Below, piece by piece: positions 28,671-46,070 of a DNA stretch of 64,000 nucleotides; the stretch's first letter is position 1, and every line of letters begins with the position of its first letter. The position numbers were made by a program, and so were the translations under genes. Source of the stretch: the human T2T-CHM13v2.0 reference genome, Homo sapiens; assembly GCF_009914755.1 (NCBI RefSeq), contig NC_060942.1. The stretch is one strand, 5' to 3'. Under the pieces are notes generated by a model, which was not told the DNA's origin, did not search any database, and saw only the letters and a list, made by a program, of their open reading frames with translations.

Positions 28671-29951
28671 TGTAGTTGCTAGAGAGAGTCAGAGCCAAGG
28701 ACACACTGCTAGGTCTTGAGGACAAAAAAATATTGTTGGGTTTTCCAAGGCTGAGCCACAAATTTCCATTCCAGTACCTGAACACTGACTGCCACATATT
28801 ATTTCTAGTAGACATCGTTCTTTAGTGGGTGAAAGAGTATGATATTCTGGTCAGAGAAAGAGAGTGAATAGAAAGGCATTATAGGATTAGGAAGAATCTT
28901 TGCAACAAAGTGTAGTCCAAGATCTTGGACAGAAGAAGAGGGAATATAAAGGTGGAAGCAGCTCCAGTTTCATCTCTTACCACCACTCTTGTTTGGTTTG
29001 GGGCTACTAGAGAGTTTGTTTGCCAGCGACCTTGGCCCTAAAGCAAACCCATATTACCATGATAGACTCTTTATGGAAAAACAAAAAGACAAAATAAACT
29101 CTTTTATATTGACTCATATTGGAACCTGATTGTTGGTCTTTCCACTCTTCCACCTTGTTACCTCCTGCATGCTTGCTGACAGATTAATTTCCAGATTTGG
29201 GTCTACAGCTCCAGAAGGAAGGTTGTGAGCTTTCAGTCTTCCTGTGTTCATAGTTACTAATACTAAAGCCTAGATACTATAAAACCAAAACAATAAATGC
29301 CACATTCCCAGTACTGTCAATTCAGAAAAAAAGCCATCAAGACCACAGGTAATGTCCACAAATGCAGAGGGTCTAGCTGGCATCTTGTCACAATTCCTAA
29401 ACCTGGGAGATTTGTCTGTCCTCTGGCTACACATGAACACAGTAAGCCTATATAAAGATGGATAAAAGAGCCTCCTGAAGATATTTTTGTAAAGTAAACA
29501 AAAAATTAAAAAATTAGATTTAGCATACATACAAACTTGCTCCACTCTTCAAACCACCAACCCCTTTGCTGCAACTGAGGGGTCCTGCCACAGAGCTTCC
29601 CCTGTCCCTGCCTTCCCACATGTGCACCTTGTCTAGAAGCATCTGCTCCATTACAATTGATCTTTTTGATTTTTCCATTGGTTCAGGGTCTTTATGCAGC
29701 GTATATAGATGATAAATGAATGAACATATATTTGATAATGATGGCTATCAACTTAAGTGGTTGATTCTTCCAAGGAACATATTTAAAGTAAATGAGATAA
29801 CCAGTCATACAAAGACTTGGGAGAATGCTATCATAGGAACTTCAAGAAATTTACTGTAAGTGGTAAGGAGATGCCTAGGGAAGGAAGATGGCATATTGCA
29901 CAGGCATAGACTGGTGGAGTTGCGTGTTACTCTTCAGAGATAAGAACATGA

Positions 29952-31000
<1,049 letters not shown>

Positions 31001-31014
31001 AAAAATACTTCGTT

Positions 31015-31317
31015 AGTCAGGGTGTGGTGGCTTACACCCATAATCTCAGCACTTTGGTAGGCCTAGGCAGGCAGATCGCTTGAGTTTAGGAGTTCAAGAC
31101 CAGTATGGGCAACATGGTGAAATCCTGTTTCTACAAAAAAACACAAAAGTTAGCCAGGCATGGTGGGGCACCCCTGTAGTCCCAGCTCCCCCAGAAGCTG
31201 AGGTGGAAAGATCACTTGGGCCCAGGAGGTCACGGCTGCAGTCAACTATGCGCATGCCACAGCACTCCAGCCGGGGTGACAGCATGAGACCCTGTTTCAA
31301 AAGAAAAACACATAAAA
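31015..31317 (+). mobile_element. AluJ
   Basis: Diverged dimer with J-type 'aagatcacttgggcccaggaggtca.ggctgcagt..agaccctgt'; TSD aaaaatacttcgtt/aagaatactttgtt. Confidence 0.9.
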
Positions 31318-32190
31318 AAGAATACTTTGTTTTGTTACATCATTATAAGCATTCTTCCATGAACTTAAGAAATACAAGATAAAATAAAACCTGACCAGTT
31401 CTTACTAATCTGTGAAATCTTTTTCCCTGAGAGAAACCAAAGAAAGGATTACTGTAATGAGGTCTTAACTCCCACATGTTTTCTATTTGTTCTAATCGTT
31501 GGTGAGGGAGGGAAGAAAAGGCAAATATTTGAAACCAGTGAATGCTAGATATAATTTTGCAAAATATCAAGATATTTCTTTAGCATTTTTAATTTTCTCA
31601 GGCTTCTCTGGAAACTGTGCTACTAGTTGAAATATTATTAAAGGAAAATATATGCAGAATTATGTAGGAACCAGAGATGAAAAGATCTCACCAAAACAAA
31701 GTGGTTTAAATAAAAAAGAAAAATGAAAACAATAGAAGGCTTTGAAAGGATCACACAACCTGGGTCAAGCATGCTCACAAAATAGCCAGGGCATTGCTAA
31801 ACTAATTGCGAGATGATGTTTTGCTTGGTGTTTAATGAAGTGGCCCTATAATGTTAGAACATAAAAATGAACATTTGAAGACATTCATCATAATACAATC
31901 AATGATTTATTTGTGTAGGGCCTTCTTTGCCATTTGAGAGTGTTGAAAGTCTAGATGGCACATCCCAGAGCCAACCAGCCAGAAAGGTCACCTCTTGCTT
32001 CCCAGCTCTCTCTAACATTCACTGCTCTAGTTTTTCATTTTATTTAGGAACTTATATTTGGCCAGAATTTCTGTGCTTTAGAAATTTGAGCCTAATTACT
32101 CTCACAAATTCATTTTCCTGAGCTCTCAGGGTTTCTGCAAAGAGACATATAGATAGCACTTTAATATCCCAGAAACATGTTAAAAAGTTA

Positions 32191-32551
<361 letters not shown>

Positions 32552-32775
32552 TTAGGTAGATGCTCCAAAGGCAGGGGAACATACACCTTCCTCTCCACTG
32601 CCTTCCTCATACAAGGCACAGCGAGCAGACTGACAGAGAGAGACAAGCTGATCAGTGCTGCTATTTTGTTTCAGTTGAGGCTAAAATATATCCTTATATG
32701 TCATCCTAATAATTAACAATTCACTAAAACATGAAGCCATTTTAAAATCAAAAAGAGTTTGGAATTGAATGTATC

Positions 32776-33125
32776 TGATATGGTTTGACTGTGTCCCCAC
32801 CCAAATCTCACCTTGAATTATAATAATCTCCATGCGTCATGGGAGGGACCCATTGAATTGAATCATGGAGGTGGGTTTTTCCCATGCTGTTCTCATGATA
32901 GTGAACAAGTCTCATGAGATCTGATGGTTTTATAAAGGGCTGTTCCCCTGCACACGCTCTCTCTTGCCTGACACCATGCAAGACGTGACTTTGCTCCTCC
33001 TTTGCCTTCCACCATGATTGTGAGGCCTCCCCAGCCATGTGGAACTGTGCGTCAATTAAACCTCTTTCATTTATAAATTACCCAGTCTCACGTATGTCTT
33101 TATTAGCAGCGTGAGAACTCATACA
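32776..33125 (+). mobile_element. THE1C-type solo LTR
   Basis: 'tgatatggtttg.ctgtgtccccacccaaatctca..gtgaggcctccccagccatgtggaactgtg..tattagcagcgtgagaac..ataca'; partial TSD gtatc/agatc. Confidence 0.9.
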
Positions 33126-33609
33126 AGATCTAATATTTTGAAAAGTAGAAAGCTTGCAACAATGAATTCTCAAAGGGCAAGTCTGTTTCCAAGAAAAGCA
33201 GAATATATATTGAAGAACAGGTCACTGCATTTACACTATCACACATACACACACAAGAATATACACATGTGTGTGTCCATATATAAATGTGTGTGTTGTT
33301 TTTCCAAATACAGAGATCAAATATATATGTTTTAGGCTTCCCTTAGTTTTTTCCACCTCAACAAAGCTTAAGGTTGCCAGTGAAAACCTAAGTCCAAGTC
33401 TAAGAGGTATATTCAGGTCATTCTCCACCAAAATAGTTAACATAATTAGAAAATGTAGAAGTGAGTCACCTAAGGGTACATTATAGTAAGTACTCAGGGT
33501 CATTCACTTTTGTGGCTAAGTATAAAACAAAATGTACCAACTTCCATAGGAAATAAGCATCTGAGCCCAGTTTGAGCTCCATAAGCCAAATAGAGTCAAA
33601 ACTATCCTG

Positions 33610-33715
33610 AGCTGGATGTAGTCCCAGCTACTCAAGAGGCTGAAGTGCAAGGATTGCTTGCACTCAGGAGTTCAAGGCCAGCCTGCACAACATAGTGAGA
33701 CCCTGTCTCAAAAAA

Positions 33716-33758
<43 letters not shown>

Positions 33759-33761
33759 ATA
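33610..33761 (+). mobile_element. FLAM (free left Alu monomer) with (AAAT)n tail
   Basis: 'gtagtcccagctactc..ggattgcttg..caggagttcaaggccagcctg..caacatagtgagaccctgtctc' followed by (AAAT)n. Confidence 0.85.
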
Positions 33762-33989
33762 TGGAAAACGATTCTTAGCCTTCAATTTGAGTTCAGTTTG
33801 AGGTCATCAAAATAATTGCCCTTGGCTTGCTGATCTCATTTCTGGGTAATCTGTCAGTGTTTAAGACCATGGCTTCCTTATTTTTTTCTTCCAGATTAGT
33901 CCAAAAGTGTGCTCTAATTAAGTTACCCTGCATGTGTTTTCCAACAGGAGGACTCTAGTGGAGGGGCACAGGGCCACGGAGGGGCATTC

Positions 33990-34210
33990 ACATGGGCTTT
34001 GGAGTTTGACAGACATGCCTCATATCTAAAATCTACTGAAGACTCACTCTGTGGCCATAGGCAAGCTGCTTGACTTATGACCCTTATCTCATCTTTGAAG
34101 TGGGAATAATAACAATTGCACAGATGTTCTAAGAATTAATTTATATAATCTACACATATGGATAGATTAATAATATGGAGTTGTTATTTAAAAAGGTAGC
34201 CATTTATTAC
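33990..34210 (+). mobile_element. MIR
   Basis: 'catgggctttggagt..acagac', 'ctgtggccataggcaag', 'ctcatctttgaagtgggaataataac'. Confidence 0.65.
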
Positions 34211-34346
34211 CTGATAGGTGTTTACATATCAGAAAGATTAATTTTAAAACAAAGCTAAATCAATGCCTCCATAGTAAAAAAAAATCTTAGTGACATACAG
34301 ATCTCTAAAGCAATTGTCCCAAACATTCTTATCCCTTCGTAAATTA

Positions 34347-34567
34347 CAGGGGTTTGCAAATTAAAACTTGGGGGCCAAATCTAGCCTGCACTTGTTTTGT
34401 AAATAAAGTTTTATTGGAACAGTTACACCAATCATTCATGTTTTTTTTCTGTGGCTGCTTTGGTGCTAAAATGGCAGAGCTGAGTAGTTGCAGTAGAGAC
34501 CACATAGCCTGCAAAGCCTTAATTATTTTCTATTTGGACCGTCGCAGAAAAAGCTTATCAACCCCTG
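34347..34567 (+). mobile_element. MER58A (hAT-Charlie)
   Basis: TIRs CAGGGGTTTGCAAA ... TATCAACCCCTG; 'tttgtaaataaagttttattggaaca', 'ggcagagctgagtagttgc'. Confidence 0.87.
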
Positions 34568-35227
34568 GTTTGCAACATTAAAATAAAAGTTTTATTATTA
34601 GAGAAAAAAAGCTCCTGTTACCTTTAGTTACATTTACAATTGTAACTTTATCCCAAGCAGCAACAGTGCAGTGACTTATTGGGTTTGATCTGTGGGTGGG
34701 TTGGAAAGTGACAGTCTCCTGAGGGGTCCGGAGACAACAAAAAAATCTAGCAGCAAAATGATAATGGATGAGGAAGGGAGAGAAAAAGATTGTTACCATA
34801 AATAATAGAAACTAAGTTTTCTTCCCCTGGAAAAATTAACTGCTCCAAACAGAGCCAGGACTAGTATGACGAGACCAAAGACACTCACCTTAAGCACAAA
34901 TTTAAGGGAACACCAAAAACTGGAATCAAGATAAATAATATTTAAAGTAATACTTTTAAATAAAAATGAATTCAAATAAATTCATGATGATAAAATATCA
35001 GAATATTACACAAGGACAACATCACTGTTACTGACTTTCTTTTGTCTCAGGTTCTAATATGGTGCCATGTGGATCAGCCCAGCTTAGTCCACTGGTAACT
35101 GAGCCAGCCAATGTGTTCGGCAGCAGGATCCTGAAAGGATGAACAGTAAAACAACCAGAGCGATTGTGACACAGGTCTTTAGATATTGTAATCAGCACAG
35201 CTGCTGACGCATCAAAACACAACCTTA

Positions 35228-35546
35228 GGCCAGACATAGTGACTCACACCTGTAATCCCAGAAGTTTAGGAGTCTGAGGCAGGAGGATCATTTGAGGCCA
35301 GGAGTTCGAGATCGGCCTGGGCAATATAATGAGACCCCATTTCTACAAAAAAAATTAAAAAATTAGCTGGGTGTGGTGGTGCCTGCCTGTGGTCCCAGCT
35401 ACATGGGAGGCTGAAGCAGGAGGAATGCTCAAATTCAGGAGGTTGATGCTGCCATGAGCCACGTTCACACCACTGTACTCCAGGCTGAGTGACCAAGCAA
35501 GACCCTGCCTCAAAAACACAAAACAAAACAAAAAATGACAAAAAAA
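35228..35546 (+). mobile_element. AluJ (Jo/Jr-like)
   Basis: 'ggaggatcatttgaggccaggagtt', 'gagacccc.tttctacaaaa', 'gaccctgcctcaaaa'. Confidence 0.9.
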
Positions 35547-36792
35547 CACACAACTTGAGTTTTCTCTCTCATCATCCCTATAAACTTTAGTCAAGGTAGG
35601 TAACCTCAGCTGCCTCAGGAGGCAAGTCCCAGCAGGCTCCTGACTTTCTGCTCCATCTTAGGCAATCAATGTCCCTAAGGCCCATTGCAAACACAATCTC
35701 ATTGCAGGAGTTAATACTCGGCCCTCCTCCATTCAGAAATTGGAATAAGCAGTCTCTTTTTGAAAAATTAAAATATATAAAAACTATTGTAAGGGCAACG
35801 GCTCTCACTTAGCAATTTGCCCCTGCCTCAAACTGAATGCCTGAGATATAGAAGAGAAGAGAACTTGATTTCCCTGCCTTGCAATGCAGTAATCATCCCA
35901 CCCCACCCAAACTCCTTGGTTTCTTATCCCTAGGAGCAGGTGCAGAAAGGAGTGAGAGGGCTGGAAAGACCTTCTTGATACCATTAAACACAGGTTCTGT
36001 GCAACATTGGCCTTGCGTCTTCAACGGGGACACTCTTGCAGCCCCTATTCAGGCTCTTTGGACATACCCTGCCCAGCGTCTCCGACAAAGTCCCTTGACA
36101 CAGATGGATGTGGTAGCCAACTTTTGACTCCTTCCTCAGCCTCAAAGCAGCCAGCATTTATTTCCTGAGTTTTGCTGTTGGAGGCCTGCCGTGTCTCCAA
36201 CTTATACCATTTCACAGGACTCAAGGCAAATCCACCCATCTCTCTCTCCTCTTCACCCACATTTGGTCCATGAGAAACATCTGTTCACTCTTTGCCTTGA
36301 CAGACTCCAGGAGAGCAGGGCACCCAATGCAGCCACTTCTTTTTCTGCAGTCTTCTTTTGCAGGAGTTAATACTCGGCCCTGCAAGTCTCCAAACTGCAG
36401 CTATGAGATGCTCCCGGGGAAGCCTCCTCCTTAGATTTGCCAGGTGGTGACTAGACTAGCATCAGAGCACTGACTCTGTACAAAGAAATCTCTTCCCAAA
36501 TCCTTTCCTCTTTCCACTCTGACCTACTTTTACAACCTGTCTGGTTGAGTGATCCAAGAATCATAGAACAATTTCTTTAGAAGTTCATTCTAAAGAATTC
36601 TCCCTATGAAGGGCATGTCTGATAGCTGCTTTGGTATTGTATTGGCACCACAGTAAAAACCAAGACAGAAACATTTCCACTTTAACATCTTTTACCATGT
36701 CACAAAGAAGTCTCAACCAATTCAGCCCATTACCTAGGTTTGATAACCACAAGGTCATATGTTTGAAGTAATAACCACAAAATAAAAAATCT

Positions 36793-37173
<381 letters not shown>

Positions 37174-37908
37174 TTATTCATATTAATCAGTAGTAAAGAA
37201 AATAATTAATTAAATAAAATCTACCTACCCTGAAGCATTTAAGATTTTCCTAAAGATTTAGGGAGAGGAAAATCTGCTCACTTGGTGATGTTCCATCGGA
37301 GTAATTACCTGGAGAATTGATGTAATAACACGATGACAGCAGGCCGTGCTCAATATATTGCACTTTTAGTGCAGTTGGGGAAACTGCAGCTGCAGATTTT
37401 GCTCATCTTTCAGCTTAAGAAATTAAAGTTTTCCTCAGTTGGTAACATTAATGATCAGAATATTTTGCTACCGAATCTTGAAATTTAATCTACCCATATG
37501 GATCTTTTGGAGTTGCTTTTTTGAGTGTTTTAAATCTTAATTCCTAAATGCATCTTCAAACAACAGATGCTAAAATATATACAGTACAAATAAAAGTTTT
37601 CACCTGCCTCCATGTTTTTAACAGTTCTGCTTGCATTTATTAATGCCACCTCTATGCTTTCTAGACTTGCATTTTCCTTATCCTTGCTTCTCACACCACT
37701 GGACTTGCAGTCAAGCCTATTCCAAACAGACCCTCCAACACAAATTTCAAGAAAATGCTATATGAAGGAATAGATAAGTCTTACATTTTCTTCTAACTTG
37801 TTTTCCTAATGAAATGCTTTGGCGTGATCTGAGTTCCTTTTATGACACGGGAGCTTTTGAGAAGTTTCTTATGTGAAGTTTTCAGGGTCCATATCATTCA
37901 TTGCCTAC

Positions 37909-37910
<2 letters not shown>

Positions 37911-37961
<51 letters not shown>
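37911..37961. repeat. (ATT)n trinucleotide STR, ~17 units
   Basis: Direct reading; gives the poly-Ile spurious ORF. Confidence 0.95.
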
Positions 37962-37962
<1 letters not shown>

Positions 37963-38026
37963 AAAGAAGAAATAGGCATCCTGTGGGATAAGGGAATAAT
38001 CAGGGAGATAAAAGTGGTTGCAGTAG

Positions 38027-38547
<521 letters not shown>

Positions 38548-39613
38548 TGCCACCACTTTTCTTATGGAAAGAAGTGGGGATGTAGCACTTAGCACCCTAG
38601 GCATGGACTCATTGCTCCCTCCTGGCCCCTAAGTTCATATCTCAGGCTCTTCTAGGCAAATGGGCAACTTATGTTATCTCCACCTGTCTGTCTGGAGCCA
38701 GGGAGAATTCACAACATCAGCATGGTCTAGCCTCGAGCCTGGCACCAAGTGCTTAACCATACTCCAAGAACTTTCTAGAAAGCTTACTCATTCTGCATTG
38801 ACACTCAAATACAAAAGTTTTCCTGCCGATTTATCTTGGTTATCATTTTCTTAGTCAGATACATTTCTAAGGATTGTTTTGTCATTTCTCCCATCTTTTT
38901 GTTGCTAACTTAAATGATTACAATATGAAAGGCAAGGACAGCAAAAGCCCTGTTTGACAGAAATATTCCCTTGCAATGCCTATGTGGCTTTTTAAAATTA
39001 GGAATCCTTTTAAGACAGCCCTGCGGCTATCTTCAACCCTTTGCATAACTATTTGTCCACTCAACAAACATGACTTCCAGGTAGTTAGTAAAAGAACTCT
39101 CTGAGCCCATAAAGATCTCAAAAGCAGCTAAAGAAAAGGGAGACGAAGCTGCCTTCTTGGCATTTCTACCCCAGACCCTAAATTTAGCATCATTAATCTC
39201 CTCCCTTTAAGTTAAAAAGTTCTTTAGGTGCAATCACTCTTTACCTATTTCATTCTATACTTCCTGTTAACTTGATTCTCTGTGCTCAGAAGCCTCAAAA
39301 TATCTGAGAAAAAAAAAAAGAACCAATACTTCCAAATATTCAGATGTTTGATGCCACGTGCAGAATAAACAGCCGGGGTGGGGGCAGTTTGAATTTTATC
39401 CAGATCCATTTAAATTGTGTACACTCACCCCTAGCCCTTGTTTTCAGGTGCTCAGGGACATAATTCTTTGAAATAAAATAACTCAAAGTTGTAGTCCTTA
39501 CATACTGTCTTTATTTACTCATCACTTACTGCTAACGAGATCACATATATATACAATGTGCCAAAAGTAATTTCTGCCCAAATCGGTATATCATTTATAA
39601 AATATTCAGTGTA

Positions 39614-39962
<349 letters not shown>

Positions 39963-42044
39963 CTAAATAATCTCTTCCTGCTTTAGAATTTCCCCCTCAG
40001 TATACCCTGTGCTAGTTTCTTGTGTCTTTCACCCTTGTTCACTTGTGTGTTCTCACATTTGTCCCAACAAAGCAAGTCTGTGAAGGCAAAGTTTCTTGAG
40101 AGGACCCGGATGTCAGCTGGCAATTCCTTGGGTTTACTTGTCAGCTGTGTCATTCTGTATGGCCTGGGTGATATAGTAGAAAATTGCTGCATTACATCAA
40201 GCCATTAAACACTGAGGCTTAGAGTTAATCCAGGGCTCACTGAGATTTTTCATATAACCTCTAGGTGCTAATCTTCTTGATATGAGGTTGCTCTGTGCCT
40301 TCCAACATTTGAGACCTGGATGTGTGCACAGAGCAAGTTTCATCCACAACTCATGGACTCCTGCTGATGATTACTTTTGTGCGTTAAGCCTGCTAAATTC
40401 TAATGCTATAATTCTGTAGCTGTGTCCCCCAAACTATTATGTAATCAACCCGAATGCCAGCTGTCCAGGATTTACTAAAGCAGTCATCTTAAAGGAAGCT
40501 TTGAGCAAAAAATGGTAGAGAGCACTGATGTCTCAAATGATTAAAACTAGCTCCCTAGTGTTATTTTATATTAGTCTTGTCTTCATTATTTTTGTCATGG
40601 TTTCACTGAAGATGAGAAGCATGAAAAGTGGGATATTCTTTATTTCATGCCTTATGGTTTCACATGAATAAGCTGTTCGACTGAAGGAATGTAATCACAG
40701 TGATAAAGGCAACAGTACAAATACAGGAACTTGGTTCTCTAGGCAGGAAAACAAAACAAAGAAAAAGAAAAACTCATTTGATGATGTCAACCTAAGATTT
40801 TTGAAAAGTAACAGACCCTTATAGATCCATTGGTGGCAGGGAAGTAAAAACATTCTTGTGTGTTTCTATTTTTTTTTTCTTTTAATGTAACAGGAGTTAC
40901 AGAAAAGCTCTGTTTACCTTCTTTCTTTTATGAAATCATGGCAATGACCTTAGGGCAAAAATATTGGAATTCATTGCTGGAGGACTGCTTGAGATGGCAT
41001 GATTGATTAGTACACCGTCCACCCTCTATCTCTTTTCAGATCACATCTAATAGCATGCTTCTTACCTTTCTCATGCCTTTTAATTTAGCTCAGTTTTCAT
41101 GGCTGGCCTTATGGCTGAATGCATTTATTTATTCACTTGATGATTTTATCTTTTTTTTTTTCCTAGCCTCGCAACCCAGTACGTCATTTTTATATCATTT
41201 AAAACAGAGCAGTTTGGGGTGTAACACAGATAAAACATTCCATGGGAAACAATGTTTTAATTAAGTAATTATGTCCATGTTGCTACACAGTGAAGTATCC
41301 TTAACCGCAGAGTAGGTTCTCACAGGTGAATGAATACATACATGTACCTATAAGCTTAGAGAAAGGCTTTGTACATTGCCCTGTCCATGAGAATCTACTT
41401 TAAGTGCTCTATTTTATGAATGACTTACGTATCAGTGGGAAATAGACAGGCAACTCTAGGGCCTGATGGAAACAGTGATCCTTCAGCCATGATGAAACCA
41501 CAAGAAAGTTTATCTTCTCTAGAGTAGCTACAACTGCAGAGAGTTTACTAAAATTGCCTAGTAATACTTAATATCTACCCAACCCCTTTTTGAAAATGCT
41601 CTCTCCTACACCCCTCTTCTTTCTCCATTCCCACTCCCTACTCACCACCAGCAGCAAGTTTTCAACAGTCTTACAGAGAGCTCATTGCCAAGCTGACGGG
41701 CACTGAAAACAGGAGAGCAGAGAGCGTTCTCACTTCTGGGCCTTACAGCACGTATCCTTGTTGTACCAAGTTGTAACTGAAGTTTTATTATCCTGTGGAA
41801 GCAATACTAGGACTATGAGGTGTGAGGAGTTGGAATAACATTCTTAGTGTAATCTTTCCAGTGAATTGTGAACGACACGGATGTATTGGCTGAACTGCAA
41901 TTTTTTATTGTATGTATTCAAGGTATATAGCATGATGTTTTGAAATACATATACACCACCAGGAAATTTATTGTTTTAAATAGGAAATTGGGTTGTTAGT
42001 TTTGAATACTATCAAAATAAAGATTTTTTGGAGGAAAGGGAAGT

Positions 42045-42230
42045 GCATTTGTTGAGTGACTACATTTCAGGCATGTATTCAAAAAACAGCTTCCATACAG
42101 ATATTATTATCTTCACTTTATAAATAAAAAATTTGAGAATCATAATAATTAAGTTTCCCAATTTAACATCTCTAAAAAATGATAGAGATTCAAACACAGC
42201 AGTCTCTGTGCAAACCGCATGCTTTTCAAA
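42045..42230 (-). mobile_element. MIR
   Basis: 'catttgttgagtg..tacat', 'tattattatcttcactttataaat..aattaagtttccca..gagattcaaacacag'. Confidence 0.55.
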
Positions 42231-42429
42231 CTCCCCTGGCTGATAATTTCAGAATACAATTTGTTCACAGATTGGAAACTGCCAATGTTAAATATAAAAA
42301 AGTACAATCATGGGTTTATCTTGCCATTAACAAAAATTAAAACAAAAAGAACAAATCTATAATCCTGCCAACAGAATAAATCAAACTGTTTTCATTTCTC
42401 TGTATTTCATTTCAGGCTTGTTTATGTCC

Positions 42430-42632
42430 AAATTTTGGCTCCACAACTGAAAAATCATGACACCTTTGGCAAATTGTTTAATTTCTTGATACCTGAGTTT
42501 CTGCATCTGTAAAAATGAAGGTAATTTTAGTACCTTCCTCACAGGATTGTTATGAGCATTTAGTTAGATAATAAATATAAAGTGCTTGGGATGGTACCTG
42601 ACAGATGACATAAACTTGGTGTTAACATTATT
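42430..42632 (+). mobile_element. MIR
   Basis: 'ggcaaattgtttaatt..cctgagtttctgcatctgtaaaaatg..tagtaccttcctcacaggattgttatgag'. Confidence 0.8.
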
Positions 42633-43045
42633 TCTACTTGTAAGCATTGCACAGATTCACAGCTGAGTAGCTACCCACCCTGCCTCAGCTTAATTCTAGG
42701 AGTATTTCTTTTCCTGTGAGCCTCCTCCGACTAAGTAGCAGGAAGAAAAGTTTAAACTTGATCATCATGGAATATTTATGCCTGTTTGGGTTTAAACTGT
42801 CTCATGAAACTGAGTCAGTACCTTTCTGAGAAATACTCTGTGACTTTTAGGTCCGCCCCACTTACGCCTCTGCCATCCCACTGCTCCCCAAGATAGCGCC
42901 TGGGGTATGAGAGCACCATAAGCCCACAGGTTCAGGGCACACTCTGGACTGGAAATCCACAGGACGCCTACTGGATCCCTATTGGGCTCTACTGAAGGGA
43001 GGCTGACCTGGGCCTCCCTTTAGCAGAGACCAATTCCGTGGGTCC

Positions 43046-43444
43046 TGTATTAATTTCCTATTGCTGCTGTAACAAAGTACCACAAATCTAGTGGTTTAAA
43101 ATAATGCCTCTGTATGATCTTATAGGGGGAAAACGTTCCCTTGCCTTTTCTAGATTCTAGAAGGTACGTTCCACGTTTTTAGATGCCTATATTCCTTGGC
43201 TCATGACCATGTCATTCTGACTTCTGGTCTCATGTGACTCTGACACTCCTGCCTCCCCTTTACCCCTTTCTAAGGGTCCCTGTGATCACAGTGGACTCAT
43301 AAGTATAATCCAGGACAATCTCCATCCCAAGATACTTAATTTCATCACATCTGCAAAGCCCTTTTGTCATCTAAGGTAATATATTCACAGGTTCAAGGGA
43401 TTAGGAAAAGGACATCTTAGAGAGCTCATTATTCTGCCTACCAA
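43046..43444 (-). mobile_element. MLT1C/D-type solo LTR
   Basis: 'tgtattaatttcctattgctgctgtaacaaagtaccacaaa..gtggtttaaa', 'aatccagga.aatctcc', 'catcacatctgcaaag', 'ggattagga..ggacatct..attctgcctacca'; TSD ggtcc/tgtcc. Confidence 0.88.
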
Positions 43445-43517
43445 TGTCCCTTACTTTGGGGTCTACTGACCAAGCAGTAGTGCATTTGCGACTTGTTGTT
43501 TTGCCTTAGACAGAGAC

Positions 43518-43807
43518 TGGCGACCTTCCCATATTTTTGACACCACCTTAGCTCTCACCTTCCTGGGTCTCAGTCACAGCTTTTAAGTAGCTCCTCATTG
43601 AACTGAACGTCCCATAGATTATCTGTCAAGATCTTTCCCAACACAAGGCAAACTCCTCATCAAAGTCTCTTATATTAGAGTTCCCCAGAGAAACAGAACC
43701 GGTAGATCTATATATGTATATATAACAATTCATACATATATACACACACACAGGTATTTATGTATATTTATATACATATGTCAGATATGTATAGATATAT
43801 AACAATT

Positions 43808-43849
<42 letters not shown>

Positions 43850-44614
43850 AAGAGATTTGTCATGCGATTATGGAAGTTAAATCTCATGATGTTTCCTCTG
43901 CAAGCTTGAGACCCTGGAAAGCCAGTGGGTACAATTCAGTCTGAGACCAAAGACCTGAGAACCAGCAGAGGTGATGGTGTAATCCCAGTTTAAGGACAAA
44001 CAGGACTGATGTCCAGCTGAGGCAGGCAGGTGGGAAATAAAAGGGGTGAATTCCTCCTTCCTCCACCTTTTCTTCTATTCAGGCCCTCAACAGATTAGAT
44101 GATGTCCACCCACTTGGAGGAGACCATCTACATTACTGAATTCACTGATTCAAATGCTAACCTCATCTGGAAACACCTGCTGACTCATCCAGAAATCATG
44201 GTTAATCTGGGCACCACGTGACAAGGTGAAGCAGACACATAAAATTAACCATCACAACTTTCAGCAATGTCCTTATTCTCTCACAGCTCATATTGCATAT
44301 TCCCTTACCCTGGACCCATTCCATGCCAATGGGAGCTTATGGTGGCTCCATGGCTCTCAGTCACCAAAGCTTATCCTGCTACTCTGTGTTGCCACAAGTT
44401 TGCTGTGCATGACAGACTTCTCCATTTTCCACCATGCCAAGTTCCAAATAGAGAGCAGGACATGAAAGCCTCCTGTTTTTGGCGACCTTCCCGTATTTTT
44501 GACACCATCTTAGCTCTCACCTTCCTGGGTCTCAGTCACAGCTTTTAAGTAGCTCCTCGTTGAACTGAACATCCCATAGATTATGTGTCAAGATCTTTTC
44601 CAACACAAGGCAAA
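43518..44614 (+). repeat. 135-bp direct repeat pair (43518-43652 and 44480-44614)
   Basis: Manual alignment: no indels, 6 substitutions. Confidence 0.93.
43671..44256 (-). mobile_element. MLT2B-type (ERVL) solo LTR with internal (TA)/(TG)n
   Basis: 'tattagagtt.cccagagaaacagaacc', 'ctgattcaaatgctaa', ends 'gacacataaaattaaccatcaca'. Confidence 0.88.
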
Positions 44615-44817
44615 ATAATTGTATCTAATAACACCCACTCCCTCCAATATTTCTGCTCTGAGCAGAGGTAATGACAGGCATGCCTCGTTGCTGCACTTTC
44701 TGTAACTCCTTCTCTGTCTCCATAGGAATGGAAAAAGCAGGGAATTAGTTTCCTTTTTCTATCCTCCAAGGAATAAAATCCTATTCCTTCCCAAAGTGGC
44801 ATCTGCCTTTCCCTTTA

Positions 44818-46070
<1,253 letters not shown>

